46,883 nucleotides of DNA from Guillardia theta CCMP2712 (lineage: Eukaryota; Protista; Cryptophyta). The DNA lies in the NCBI RefSeq assembly GCF_000315625.1, contig NW_005434535.1:107456-154338 (forward strand). The letters are read 5' to 3'. Both the position numbers and the translations under genes were made by a program. The notes below the pieces were generated by a model. That model searched no databases. It saw only the letters and a program-made list of their open reading frames with translations, and was not told where the DNA came from. Positions 1-12,033 of this stretch are shown piece after piece. Every line of letters starts with the position of its first letter. Positions within the stretch are counted from its first letter, which is position 1.

Positions 1-44
1 GGGGGACGAGCAGGAGGAGGATAGGGAGCAGGAGGTAGAGAGAT

Positions 45-843
45 TCACCTCGATCTCGTATGCAAAGGGAGGTGCAGGCTGAGTTCAGCCAGCATTCCTT
101 GAGGCACAACTGAAGGGAACCAGACCTTGAGCTCTGCTCCGCTTAGCGTCACAATCCTGAGGAGGAGGAGGAGAAGAAGACACAGTTGAGGGAGGAGGGG
201 TGTTGTTGAAGAGGGAGGAAATCCAACGGGGAATAGGAGCAAGGGCAGGGGCAGGGGCAGGGGCAGGGGGGCGACAAGTGCGTGGAAGTGAAGGATGCTA
301 GCAGGAGGACAGCAGGCAGGGGCACGGAGAGGCATCCACCACACACAGCCCGCAAACATCCGCATCAGCTAGGCAGGCAGCTGACCGGGAGGTGCAAGAA
401 GGAGCCCACGGACATGTCGGTTCCGTCGACGTCGTGGTCCTCATACAGCACAACGGTGTCGTTCATGCAGGCCCGCACGAGGTCCCTGGAAGGTCAGCAG
501 CGTCAGAGCGACTAGCCCAGCACGGCGTCCAGCCGGGCTCGACCTGGCCTTCTTGCTATCAACCCGCGGGCCATGGTTCGCCTTGCCCTTATCGCTGTCT
601 GCGCTCCCCCCTCCTGCTTCTCTGCTCTGACAGCCTGCGTGCTGCAGAGCTGGAGCTCTCCTCCGGAGACGACCCTGTTGTTCTCTAGGCGGAACCTGGC
701 CCCGAGGATGTACCGCTTGACGTAGGAGATGGTCTGATGGCCCGGCAGACTCGGTCAGTTCCCTTCCTCCCCTCCACACTTTGACAAGCTTCCTGCCCGC
801 TTCTTCTCATCCCCTCTCTGTAACATGACAGCTTACCCCAGCC

Positions 844-888
<45 letters not shown>

Positions 889-1065
889 ACGCTCCCTCCT
901 CGTCTTTCATCGCCGCTGTCACAACACCGCCACTTCCTCCTCCCATTTCCATGTCGCCAGCTATTTCACTCCTCCCTCGGAAATCGCGACATCACCTGAT
1001 CGCTCGTCATGACGCAAGTTGACGGCTTATAGATGACCTGTGTCACAAAAAATCATCATTCCCGG

Positions 1066-1103
<38 letters not shown>

Positions 1104-1600
1104 TCCCTCCTGTCTCCTCCTCCTCCTCCCCCTCTCCCGCCTCCCTTCCTCCTGCCCCTTACCTGCAGCCATGACGTGTACTGCGAGGCAAGCTGGGGAG
1201 GGATGAGCCGGGCCATGTTGCGGTGCTGGTCGACAGGCGGAGTCTTGGAGGACAACAGCTGGGAATTGTGCTGGGCATGGAGGGGAAGGCCGCAGGTCAT
1301 GGCGATGACGGAGAGGATCGACTGGACAAAGCGAAAGCCTCCCATCACATTAGTATCGTCCATCTTGTCCTGGGCGCCTGCCCGGCTGTCAGCTGGAGGG
1401 GGAAGGGAGAAAGGAGGATGGGAGAGGAAAAAGTGAAAGAAAGGAAGGAGGAGGAGGAGGGAGGAGGAGGAGGAGGGAGGAGGAGGAGTTGGTGGTGGTG
1501 GTGGGCAGATGCCTGTGATGCAGGCGGGGAGGAGACGCAGCCGGCCATGGCGATGAGACTCTGAGGTACGCCTCGCTCTCGTCCCTGCGCAGAGCTCATT
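45..1600 (-). CDS. Hypothetical multi-exon protein, partial (5' end probably in the N-gap, 3' end off window)
   Basis: Exon-like segments bounded by GT/AG: DKMDDTNVMGGFRFVQSILSVIAMTCG...YTSWLQ | VIYKPSTCVMTSDQ | TISYVKRYILGARFRLENNRVVSGGELQLCSTQ | DLVRACMNDTVVLYEDHDVDGTDMSVGSFLHLP | IVTLSGAELKVWFPSVV. No family recognised. Confidence 0.45.
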
Positions 1601-1889
1601 GAGGAGGAGCGAGGGGGCAAGGGTAGACGAGGAGGAGGAAGGGGGANNNNNNNNNNNNNNNNNNNNNNNNNNNNNNNNNNNNNNNNNNNNNNNNNNNNNN
1701 NNNNNNNNNNNNNNNNNNNNNNNNNNNNNNNNNNNNNNNNNNNNNNACTACCACTACCACCTTGTTCCTGCTCCACACCAACTATTTCACTTCCTCCTTG
1801 TTTCTTCTCCCTCTCGCTTCGACTCCTCCCTCCTCCTCCTCCTCCTCCTCCTCCTCCTCCTCCTGCTTCTCCGGGATCTCCATCATCAT

Positions 1890-4715
1890 CATGGCTGAGA
1901 TTTCCATGAAACAAACTTTTATCTTGCAGGAAGAGGACAAAGACTTCTTGAATTGTGACTTCTGGGAAGAGACAACAACTCTCTTTGTGCAGGTTTTCTC
2001 GATCTTACATCTGTTTCTTTTGTTTCCTCACATTGCGGCAGAGGGACACGTTTGCAAACATGTACCATGACAGCGAAGATTTCTTCAACGCCTTCCTTGC
2101 CATGTCCATCCTGCAACTCTCGCTCGACCAAGTCTGTTGCCTCTCCTCTTCTTGCTCCTGCTCCTGCTGCTCGTCTCATCCCTTCCTCCTCCCCCCGCCC
2201 TCTCCCTGCTTCCTCCTCCTCCTCCCGGCCCCCACCCTCTCCCTGCTTCCTTCCTACTCTCCCCACCCACCCCTNNNNNNNNNNNNNNNNNNNNNNNNNN
2301 NNNNNNNNNNNNNNNNNNNNNNNNNNNNNNNNNNNNNNNNNNNNNNNNNNNNNNNNNNNNNNNNNNNNNNNNNNCCTTTTCATGCCCACCCCCACCTCCT
2401 CCTTGTCCTTCACAACCACCTCCACCACCCCCTCGTCCTTTACATCCACCCCCACCTCCTCCTCCTCCTCTAGTGTCTGCCCCTCCCCGGCTCCTACTTC
2501 CCCCCTCCTCTCCTCCTCTTGCTCCTCCTTCTGCTCTCCTACCACCACCTCTCACCTTCCTCTCTGCTCCACCCTCCTCCCTCACCCTGACTGAAGCATG
2601 TTCAGCGAGAGACTCGCTGCTTCTCCTCTCCTCTCGTCCGCTCCTTCTCCGACTTCATCATCCGCGGCCACAAGCTGCAAAGATTTGCCCCGCCAGTTCA
2701 GAAAGAAAATTCCAAGATCATCGTTGTGAGCTGGATAGCAAGGAGAAGCTCCGTAATGTGAGACGAGGAGGAGGGGAAGGAGGAAGGAGGGGGAACGGAG
2801 GAGGAGAAGGGCGAAGGGGGGGGAGGCAGGAAAAAGGCATTTGAGTGATCCGCTCCACTTCAGGTGGCCAGAGAGAGCATTTTGCGATGAGAGGTCCCAA
2901 GCTCCTCCTCCTCGCTCTCCTCCTCCTCCTCCTCCTCCTCCTCCCGTCCCCCCTCCCTCCTCCTCTCGTCTCAAGTGCTATCTCAGATATTTCGTCTGCA
3001 AGGACTGGGAGCATCTCTCCACTAGAACACTAGGTCGCGTCGTCAAGAACGAGAACGAGGTCAAACCATTCCTCCACCCTCCTCACATTTCCTCCACTCG
3101 CTCTCCTTCCCTCTCCCGCTGCTCCTTACCCCACTACTCCGCTCTCCTCTCCCCTCCTCACCTTTCCTCATCTCCCACTACTCGGTATCCTCCCCTTCCC
3201 TCCTTCACTACCTCCACCACCATCCTCTGCCCCAATTCCTCCCCTTCCCTCCTCCCTACCTCCCTCCTCCCTCCGCCGCTCACAATATCTCCGCAGGTCC
3301 TCGCAGCCCTCCGTGATCTCCAGAAGTCAAAGTTTCCGGTATCTCCTCCTGCTCCTGCTCCTCCTGCTCCTGCTCCTGCTCCTCCTCCTCCTCCTCCTCA
3401 TCCTTGCAGCTGACGGGAAGCGGCAGGATGGGAGGGAGATGTACTTCATCGATGCCGACTACAACACACTCACGCTGGAGCAGCAACTACAATGTGACAT
3501 ACAGGTTTTCTCCTCCTCCTCGTCCTCATCCTCCTCGCCCTCGTCCTCCTTGTCCTCATCCTCGTCTTCCTCCTCCTCCTCGAGCTCGTGCTCGTCTTCT
3601 TCGTCTTCTTCCTGCGCCTCCTCCTCCTCCCCCTCCTTGTCCTCGACTTCCTCCTCATTCATCATCATCCTTGTTCTTCTGCTTCATCACCATCATCATC
3701 CCACCTCCTCTGACTTCTCCTTCACCTCAACATTACTTTCTCCACCCTTGTAGTATCTTGCTCCTCCTCCTTCGCGGCTGTTTGCTGACCTCCTCGTTTT
3801 CTGCTTCAACAGACTGACGTCATGGTCGGTCCACATGGCGCTGGATTAACGCATCAGGTGCTGCCCTGCCCTACTCCTGCTCCTCTTCATCCTGCTCCTC
3901 CTGCTCTTCCTCCTCCTGCTGCTTGACCGGTTCCTCCTCGTGCTCCTCCTCGTGCTTCTCCTTCTCCTGCTCCTGCTCCTGCTCTTCATCCCCCCGTCCC
4001 TCCCCCGTCCCTCCTCCTCCTCCTCCCTCCACGNNNNNNNNNNNNNNNNNNNNNNNNNNNNNNNNNNNNNNNNNNNNNNNNNNNNNNNNNNNNNNNNNNN
4101 NNNNNNNNNNNNNNNNNNNNNNNNNNNNNNNNNGCTCCTCGCTCCTCGCTCCCTCGCTCCCTCGCTCCCTCGCTCCCTCGCTCCCTCGCTCCCCCTCCTC
4201 GCCTCCTCGCCTCCTCGCCGCCCCCCCCCCCCTCCCCCCCCTTACTTCTCCTGCTCCTGCTCCTGCTCCCCCTCCCGCTCCTCCTTCTCTGCTCTCGCTT
4301 CTTCTCCTCCGCTCACATCGCATCACTTCCCAAGGACATGTACAAGGGTGTCACTATCGAGAACCCAGTTCCGGTTGACAAGGTGGTGAACCTGGTGGGG
4401 AGATACTCCAGCTGGGGAGGAGGTGGGTATGACATGGCGCACAGGTAAAGGGCGCCGTGGAGATGGTTTCGCTCAACTGAGGGCAAACTTTTGACGTTTT
4501 TCTTTCTCCGTCTTCCTCCACATGTTATTTATTTCCCTTCCATGTTGTTTTACATTCTTATCCACACACGCACTGACCCCCTTCTCCTCCCTCCTCTCCT
4601 CCTCAATCACAACTTACTCCACTTCCTCTGCCGCTGCTCTCCCTCCTCCTCTCCTGCTCCTCCTCCCTCCCCCCTTCTCCTCCTTCCCATGACAGTGATC
4701 ATAAAGCACGCATAA
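1890..4715 (+). CDS. Glycosyltransferase family 61 (EOGT/POMGNT2-like), multi-exon, interrupted by gaps
   Basis: Spliced peptides RDTFANMYHDSEDFFNAF, GRVVKNENEVLAAL and DYNTLTLEQQLQCDIQTDVMVGPHGAGLTH match the GT61 motifs N-x-Y-H, R-x-x-x-N-E-x-E and D-x-x-x-G-x-HGAGL-T. Both ends uncertain. Confidence 0.8.
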
Positions 4716-4773
4716 TCCTCTCCACGAGTTCAAACCTCGTCTCCCTTGCTCCTCCCATTTCACCTCAGCTCAA

Positions 4774-5565
4774 CTATCGTGTCGCTTCTGACAGCCCGCG
4801 AATGCGGCGAGTCAGCTGAATGTCTTTCACCATGAGCGTCACACGGCGTGCGTGAATAGCACAAAGGTTCCTGTCCATCCACGTCAGCCCAGCCAGCAAG
4901 CCAGCCTCCTCCTCCTCCTCTACTTCTCCTTCCGCTTTTCCTCTCCTTCTCCTCTCCTCTCTTGCTTGTCTCCTCCTCCTCCTTCACCTCCTCCTCCTCC
5001 TCTTACGCGTCCTCGAAGAGACGGACGAGGTAATCTTCTGCTGCCTCCTGCATAGCTAGCAGCGCGTCTGCCTGCCACCGCAACCCAGTGTTGTTGTAGT
5101 GCATTGTCAACTCCTTGACCAGCCTGGCGAACGGAAGCTTGCGGAGGAGAAGGTCGGTGGATTTCTGGTATCGGCGAATTTCCATTAGCGCTCGGGTCCC
5201 TGGACGGAACCTGTGCTTGCGCTGCTGTCCGGCGTTGTTGTTGTCTGCGAGGAAACGCCATTCAGTCTTCAGGAGGGGATGGTTGGTGGCGGAAGGGGGG
5301 GGGCAGGGGTGTTAGAGGGGAAGAGGATGAGACATGGAATAGAGAAGAGAGAGAATCAGGGTGAAAGAGAGGAGAGATGGAGGAGAGGAGAGGAGAGGAG
5401 AGGAGAAGAGAGGGCTGCTATGGCGCAAGAAAGAGAAGCTCCACGGAGCGAAGGAACACAAGTTACTAAAGCAGATGTGAGGCAGGCCGGAGGACGGGAG
5501 GGAGGGGGCGAGAAAGGAAAAGGGGGAATACTTCGAGCAGGCGACGGTTGTCCGTGTCTTGCCAT
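4774..5565 (-). CDS. CENH3: Centromere-specific histone H3 variant (CENH3/CENP-A)
   Basis: Histone fold [70 protein letters not shown]|[31 protein letters not shown] (TAG at 4774-4776). Relative to canonical H3: Q68->A, F84->W, T107->A, loop 1 one residue longer, and a non-canonical N-tail starting [11 protein letters not shown]. Confidence 0.88.
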
Positions 5566-6340
5566 GGTCGTTAAGAGCTCAAGTCAACGTTGGAGGTTGC
5601 AAACTCTTTGAGCCAATCAAACAAGAAGTTTCTGCACTCGAAAGGTAAGAGAAGAAATGATGACATCATGCGCCAATCTGGCCATTTCTACCACAATCAG
5701 CCACCTGAATCAGATCCAAATATCAACCCATCGGTTGTTTGACTCTTTCCCATTTTACAGTTTCATTTATGGCCCTCAAGATTCATCTCAGCGCAAGCAC
5801 TCGCTATGGCGGAGGTCAATTATTTCCTCCATTGCGCCCTAATCAAGCCTGACGCTTGCAATAAATCTCAATCATCCCCTCCCTTCCCTCTCTTGCCGAC
5901 TTCCTTTCCTGGCTCTCTCCTTCTCTCCTTCACAGTTGACCGTCTTCTCTTCCTTGTCCCTCTCTATCACCGCACATCCTCTCTTCTCCTCTTCCTCTCT
6001 CTCTCCTTCTCTCTCTCTCTCTCTTCCTCCTCCTCTCCTCCTCTCCTCCTCTCCCACATCCTCTCCGATCTGCATGCCGAGTGCCTCCAACAAAGTTCCG
6101 CTTCAAGATCCTGTCTCAGCAATTGTGAGGGCGGTACTTCAATTTATGTCATGAAGTTTTGAAATTATTTATGAATATTTCATTAATTATGTCCAAAATA
6201 TAGAATGAAATGACTGGTTGTCGAAATATTCCCGTCTGCTCTCCACGACGTAACGGTCCAGCGGTTACACAAAAGCGTTACACACCGTTGCAGAACCGTT
6301 TCGTTTACAAAGATTGCTTTCTTTTTTGCTAGTTTGTTTC

Positions 6341-8120
6341 ATGGCGCCCACACTGCAAGGCAGATGCTGGGCGAGGGGAGGGGGAGGGGGGGGAGGAGGA
6401 GAAGCGCAGTCAAGAATCTTATCCTCTCCCTCCGCAATCTCTCGCGCCATTACAAACTTTTCGTCACAACTGGCCGGCTACTGCACCATGATCATTTCCA
6501 GCTTGCCTCGATCGGCAACAGATGCTTCTGTGTACACAGGAGGCGCCGGCATAGCTTACGCGTTGATCAGAGTAGCAGCCTCGTCTGCGTGTATGGGAGG
6601 AGCGATCAGTATGGACGAGAAGAGCTTGTTAGGTCATGCACAGACTGCTATGAAAACCTGCGGGGGAGGCGACAAACGCGCAGCACCCTCGCTGCTATGT
6701 GGAGTTGCAGGCAACATGCTGGTGCATGCCTTGATAGAAGAGCGGGCCGGAAGAGCAAGGGAATCCGAACATCTGGCAGCAGAATACCTCAAGATTCTCG
6801 ACGAAGCTCTTCGGAATGACAGCGACGAATGGTTGTACGGTAGAGCTGGATATCTTCAAGGGCTCTTGACGTTGAGAAAACTTTCTTCACGGCAACAGGT
6901 GAAAATGATGACTCATGTATGGTGGGTGATCTCAATGCTGATGACGTGCTCGACTTTATCGAAGAAGGATTTCGACGCAGCCATACGTCAAGTTAGTGCA
7001 AGGATGGTAGAGTCGGGAAGACAATATGCAAGCAGGCGCTGAAAGGTAGAAACCCAAGGCTCCTTCCTCACCATGGTAGCAGGTGCGGGACTAGATGCCC
7101 CTTGATGTATCAGTGGTATGGAGAAGAGTATCTGGGGGTGAACGAAACACGACATGCTCTTCTCGTGCTCTGAAGACTATCCAGGCAGCTCACGGTTTAA
7201 TCGGAATCGTGCACCAGCTTTTGATGGCAAGAGAGGTTCTGAAGGTGCCTTCGATGTCTGCGGGAAGTGTCTTGGATGTTTGAGACAATCTGTAGGATCA
7301 GATGAATCTTGAAGGATGGGAGGAGGTCCTTGTCAAGAGCCTGGATTACATCATAGCATGTCGATTTGACTCAGGGAACTATCCAGCTGTGAGAGGAGAT
7401 GGGGAAGATTATCTGGTTCGACATCAAAGACAACTTCGCTCCATCACCCACCCTGACGTCTTGTGGTGTTCAGCTTCATTTCTGCCATGGCGCCCCGGGA
7501 GCGGTTTTCATGTTTCTGGCTGCGTTCCGTGCGTTTCCCAGTCATGAGCGGTACGGGCGATTTGCTTTGGTGTATCGTGATGTTTGTCAGGTACTTGCAC
7601 GCGGCTCGTCAGGCAGGCGACTGCGTATGGGAGTATGGGCTGCTCAAGAAGGTTCCTACAAGACAGATTGGCCGGGAGGTGCCTTGATTTCAGCTTGCCA
7701 GGGCCCCGGGCTATGTCATGGGGTAGCAGGAAATGGCTACTGCTTCCTCGCCTTGTACCGCGATGATCCTGATACTGAGAAGAAAGTGAGCCTGCCGTGG
7801 AGGGTAGCAGCGCTATGACTCGCCTGCTGCACAGGGAGAATGGCTGCACAGAGCCGTTGAGTTTGCAGAGTTCATGAGGGAGGAGGGGGAGAGGAACGAG
7901 CGGTGGCTGCTGAAACCCGACAACCCCTACAGCTTGTTTGAAGGATTAGGTGAGGAAACGTGGCTGTCAATGTGAGCTTACTCACTTGGCGAGCTGTGCA
8001 GGCGGAGCAGTGTGCTTCCTCGCCGACCTGGTTGGAGTCCTCCAGTCGCAGATAGAAACTTCGTCGGATCTCGACCACCATGTTCCATCGTTCCCTTTGT
8101 TCGAGACACCTCTTTCCTGA
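6341..8120 (+). CDS. LanC-like protein (LANCL/GCR2 family), multi-exon
   Basis: Motifs SVYTGGAGIA, DEWLYGRAGYL, YQWYGEEYLG|AAHGLIGI, HFCHGAPG, WEYGLLKK|GPGLCHGVAGNGY, PDNPYSLFEGLGG and C-terminal FPLFE. The Zn-ligand Cys/Cys/His residues are present. Confidence 0.93.
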
Positions 8121-8332
8121 CCTTGAATATCACCATCATCATCGTTGTAAGCAATCTTGCGTTTGCTTCTCATTCATCAAATTATGCATGTTTGCTATGG
8201 TCTCCTCTGGGTTACTATCGTGTTCGAACTAAGAAGCGCCAGTTCTTTCGATGTATCAAAAATCCGCAAACAGCTACAGGATTTTCTGCGCTACAAATTG
8301 CATACAACAAGAGGCGAATGTCTCACAGGGTC

Positions 8333-9245
8333 TCAAGAGAGGTAGGGGCCATTGCCGGTCATAAGGCGGATACACTTGATCCTGTTGCTGATGTAGTTGA
8401 ACTGATCAATGCAGTAGTCGATGTTGTCCTTGTTGTGAGCGATGTTCTGCGCAGTCCTGAAAGACATGAGCTCGCCGCTCATAGCCTGAGAGATGAAAAG
8501 TCAGATGCAGATATCACAGAGAGAATGAGGGTAGATATCCGAACAAGCAAATGATATAGCATGATCCATACTCCACAAGCATTCACATCTGAGGATAAAG
8601 CTACGTCTAGAGATTCATCTTTGGGCTAATATGAATTAGCAGAATGATCGAGAGAAGCCTGGAGTCTTGCGTACATTCCATGATGCCTGGAACCTCTCCT
8701 ACTCGATCTCCCCCCACACTGCACATCTGTGTATATGAGCTCTCTTCCGCTCATCTACCATCACCACGAGATTTATGCAACGATGAGTTTGTTCAACAGT
8801 CATCAACGATCTCAACTTCAAGACACATGCTTGTTCATAATTTCAGATCCCAGCCCTTGAACTGCACTTCGGCGGCTTCTGCAACTGCACTGGGCCATAG
8901 AAGCACAACGGCCTCCTTGAGTCCACTCCCCCATAACATCCAGTGGATGAGCTCATCAACATCTACCTGCTCCTCTCCCACAACCATGACTTTCTCACAC
9001 ATTCACATCCTCATCCACACTCAGAGTCTCTACACACCCCTACTCAGTCCTGCAATGCCACGGTGCCCACAAGACACTGCGACACTAACAAACCTACGAT
9101 CCTACAGGAGCTGGCGCTCCAGCATGGAACATACCTCAGCGGCAACCTTCTTGGTCGCTTCATCCACCTCGTGGGCGCCGGCGGCACCATCGTCCTCGCC
9201 GGTCAGCAGCTGCATCCTTCCCATCATCTCCGGGTACCACACCAT
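8333..9245 (-). CDS. Small orphan protein, 87 aa, two exons (9245-9135 and 8485-8333)
   Basis: ATG at 9245, phase-0 GTATGT...CTGAC...TCTCAG intron of 649 nt, TGA at 8333-8335. Protein: MVWYPEMMGRMQLLTGEDDGAAGAHEVDEATKKVAAE|AMSGELMSFRTAQNIAHNKDNIDYCIDQFNYISNRIKCIRLMTGNGPYLS. Strong C/G third-position bias. Confidence 0.65.
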
Positions 9246-9274
9246 CGCGCCTCTTCGTTGCCGCGCCTCTTCGA

Positions 9275-9770
9275 CCCCTGGCCCTAATAACCCGCCGTAC
9301 GGTGCCCGGCCTCCCCGGGCCAGGCCCTGGCCGCCGGGCCGCGTGACCCGGTACGGTCCGAGCCCGACGCCCGCCGTTCCGATGAGCCGCCGCCGTCACC
9401 CTATTGACTTGCAAGTTGGACTGAGACAGGCGGCCGAATCTTCAAGGCGCGCCGAGTCGGCCGCCGCGCCCGGCCGTGATGGCGCCGTCATCACCGTGTG
9501 ACTCAGTGAGTCGTTCGGACCCGGGCCCGCGGCCGGGCCGGGCCGCCGGGCGTTCAATGGTTCACGTCGGTCACGTTGACTCTGTGCCCTGGCGCGGCCA
9601 GTGACGCAACCGTGACGCGGCTGGTGTCCGCCGTGCCAGACAGTCCGTGGCATGATTGTGACTCGGCGTGACTAATAATAGCCGGGAACCGGGCCGTCGG
9701 CGCACGGCCGGCCGGGCCGGGCCGGCCCGGCGGACCCTCCGGATACTGAGTTCCCGGATACTCACGGATC
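9275..9770. promoter_or_regulatory. CpG-rich island with GTGACTCAG and CCGGGCC motifs, between divergent genes
   Basis: Very GC-rich, with repeated CCGGGCCG, GTGACTC/GAGTC and CGTACGG words. Lies between the ATG at 9245 (-) and the ATG at 9838 (+). Confidence 0.5.
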
Positions 9771-9837
9771 GTCGCGGATACTTCCTCTCTTACTGGATTG
9801 TTTTTGTTACGGGATTGGTCCACCGCCTGCAGACGCC

Positions 9838-11395
9838 ATGCTCCGCACGCTCCTCCTAGTCGCCTCCGCCGCCTCCGCCGCGGCGTTCGCTCCTTCCTTC
9901 GGAACCTCAGCTGTCTCTTCCCGATCCAATGCCATCACTGGTAAGCTCCTTGCGCTCAACAGGCCCAGAACCCGTCTCGGGGGTAGAGGATGTTAAGTTG
10001 ATGGGGTGCAGTTGGAAGGGAAATGGAGTCAAGTGTGCGATGCAGGAGGGAGACGATGATCTGATGTGTTGTTGTGACATTCGATCATCAAAAAACTCAT
10101 GTTTTCATGTTGAATCACCATGTCGTGTTCCATCTTGTTGTATTTGGCTTGATTTTTCTTCATGCATTTGCAAGTTGCGCTTTAGGTGTTGTCTTGTACA
10201 TAGGTTGGGTTTGACATTCATTCCATGCACTATTTACATCCTACATCTCCCACTCATGTCTTCTCAATCCTTGCTTGCATTTATTCAGCAAAACACTCTC
10301 TGCACCCATCGATGGAGTCTGAGCTGACAGCTGTAAAATGGAGAGACAGCTTATATGTTTGGGAGGAATGCCGTGATATGGAGGATGAGCAGGCAGAAGG
10401 GAAAATTGATAACAGACAATGGCAGTGACGATTACTTCCAGGCATGAAGATGCAGTCTGTCCTCTCCAACAGGGCCGGCAAGTCCAAGGCCATGCCCTTC
10501 TTGTCCCAGCCCGAGAAGCTCGACGGCTCCATGCCCGGCGACGTTGGCTTCGACCCGCTCGGAATCTCCACCTACTTTGACCTCAAGTGGATGCGCGAGG
10601 CTGAGCTCAAGCACGGACGCATCTGCATGCTTGCCTGGACTGGATGCCTCGTCCAGGTGCAGCAGGAAGTGGAGGCCGTCAGTTCGTTCTAACATGCAGT
10701 CACTGTAGGAGGTGATCCACCTTCCCGGAGAGGCCTTCTCCAAGAAGCTCGCTCTTGATGCCTGGGCCTCCGCTCCCCGTGGAGGAATGATCTCCATCCT
10801 CGTCGCTATTGGCTTGATCGAGATGATCTCCAACAGGTGCTGCCGCTGCCTTGCATGTTCTTATTGTTGCATGCCCTTTGGATGTTCACGATTGTTTATC
10901 TCTCACGTTGACATTCTGATACTCTTCCCTTTATTGCATGCTTTATCTACGTGCGATATCCATTCACCTCCTGACTTCGTTTTTTCAGGTTCCAGCTTAC
11001 CGCCACTGACATGTTCGCCAACCCTGCCCGTGTTCCTGGCGATCTTGGCTTCGATCCCCTCAGCCTTGGAAAGTAAGGATACTCTCTCTTCCTCCTCGTG
11101 ATCTGTATCCTACCATCATACTTTCCCCTCACCCTTCCGCTCCCGAACTACCCCCACCTTCACCTGCTCTGTCAAATCTGTTCTCACGATTTATCCCTGC
11201 AGCAACCCTGCCACCCGTGCTAAGTACGAGCTCTCCGAGGTCATCCACGGCCGTGCTGCCATGATGGGCTTCTCTGGCGTTATCCACCAGATGATCGTCA
11301 CCAAGCAGCCCATCATCTACTCCCTCCTTCACTGGAAGTCTGTCGACTCCTCTGCCTTCAAGCTCGGAGGAGCCGCTGCCAAGCTCGGATACTAA
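9838..11395 (+). CDS. Light-harvesting chlorophyll a/c-binding protein (Lhcr-like), plastid-targeted, 5 exons
   Basis: Bipartite leader [23 protein letters not shown] motifs [34 protein letters not shown] and [14 protein letters not shown]. Stop TAA at 11393-11395. Confidence 0.96.
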
Positions 11396-11499
11396 ATTAT
11401 TCATCTTTGTTGCGAGGAGAAGCAACTGTAGGACAATAAAAAGTTGATCAGTCAGAAACTGTAGGGATCAGGAATCCTTCGGACAAACGGCCTTGAAAG

Positions 11500-11770
11500 A
11501 GACCATCAGTGATGACACAGTGAGGACCTCCGATGGTCGTCACTCAGTACACTCCCGGATCATAGCCCATGATGCTGTCGGGCGGCACTCACCTCAGATG
11601 CCACCGGACCGGCGTACAGTAGTGCACTTCATGACCCTCAGCCCTGGCATCGGGGCTGTCAGCGCCACTCCGAGGCTCGAGTCGCCAGTTTCACTGGGCC
11701 GGGCCGGCGGGCCCGGTTAGCGCCGGGCCCGGGGCGGCGGCACTGAGGGCCCCGGGCCGTTCCAGCTGAC
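11500..11770. repeat. Second CpG-rich GTCACTCAG/CCGGGCC island
   Basis: Shares the words cgtcactcagt and ccgggccggcgggcccgg with 9275-9770 and 39745-40045. Confidence 0.45.
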
Positions 11771-11836
11771 CCCTCCTCGAGGTGGATCAAAAAGACTAAA
11801 CAGGGTGGGTAGGGGTACGCAGTCTGAAAGGACAGA

Positions 11837-11980
11837 CATGCTCCAGGTGCGCGACTGACAGCATTGCAGGAAGGAGAAAGAGCAGAGCGGAAGCAGGGCA
11901 GAGAAAAGAGGAATGCATGCGGATATGGGCAGGAGGAAGGATAAGAGGAGCAGGAGCAGGAGCCGGAGGAAGGATAAGAA

Positions 11981-12033
<53 letters not shown>

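Noticed and set aside
6341-9245. Lanthipeptide biosynthetic cluster
   Set aside because: Only a eukaryotic-type spliced LanCL is present. There is no LanB/LanM dehydratase, transporter or protease in the window.
8012-9501. Plus-strand ORFs of 180 and 285 aa
   Set aside because: Antisense shadows of the minus-strand 87-aa gene and its intron; no motifs.
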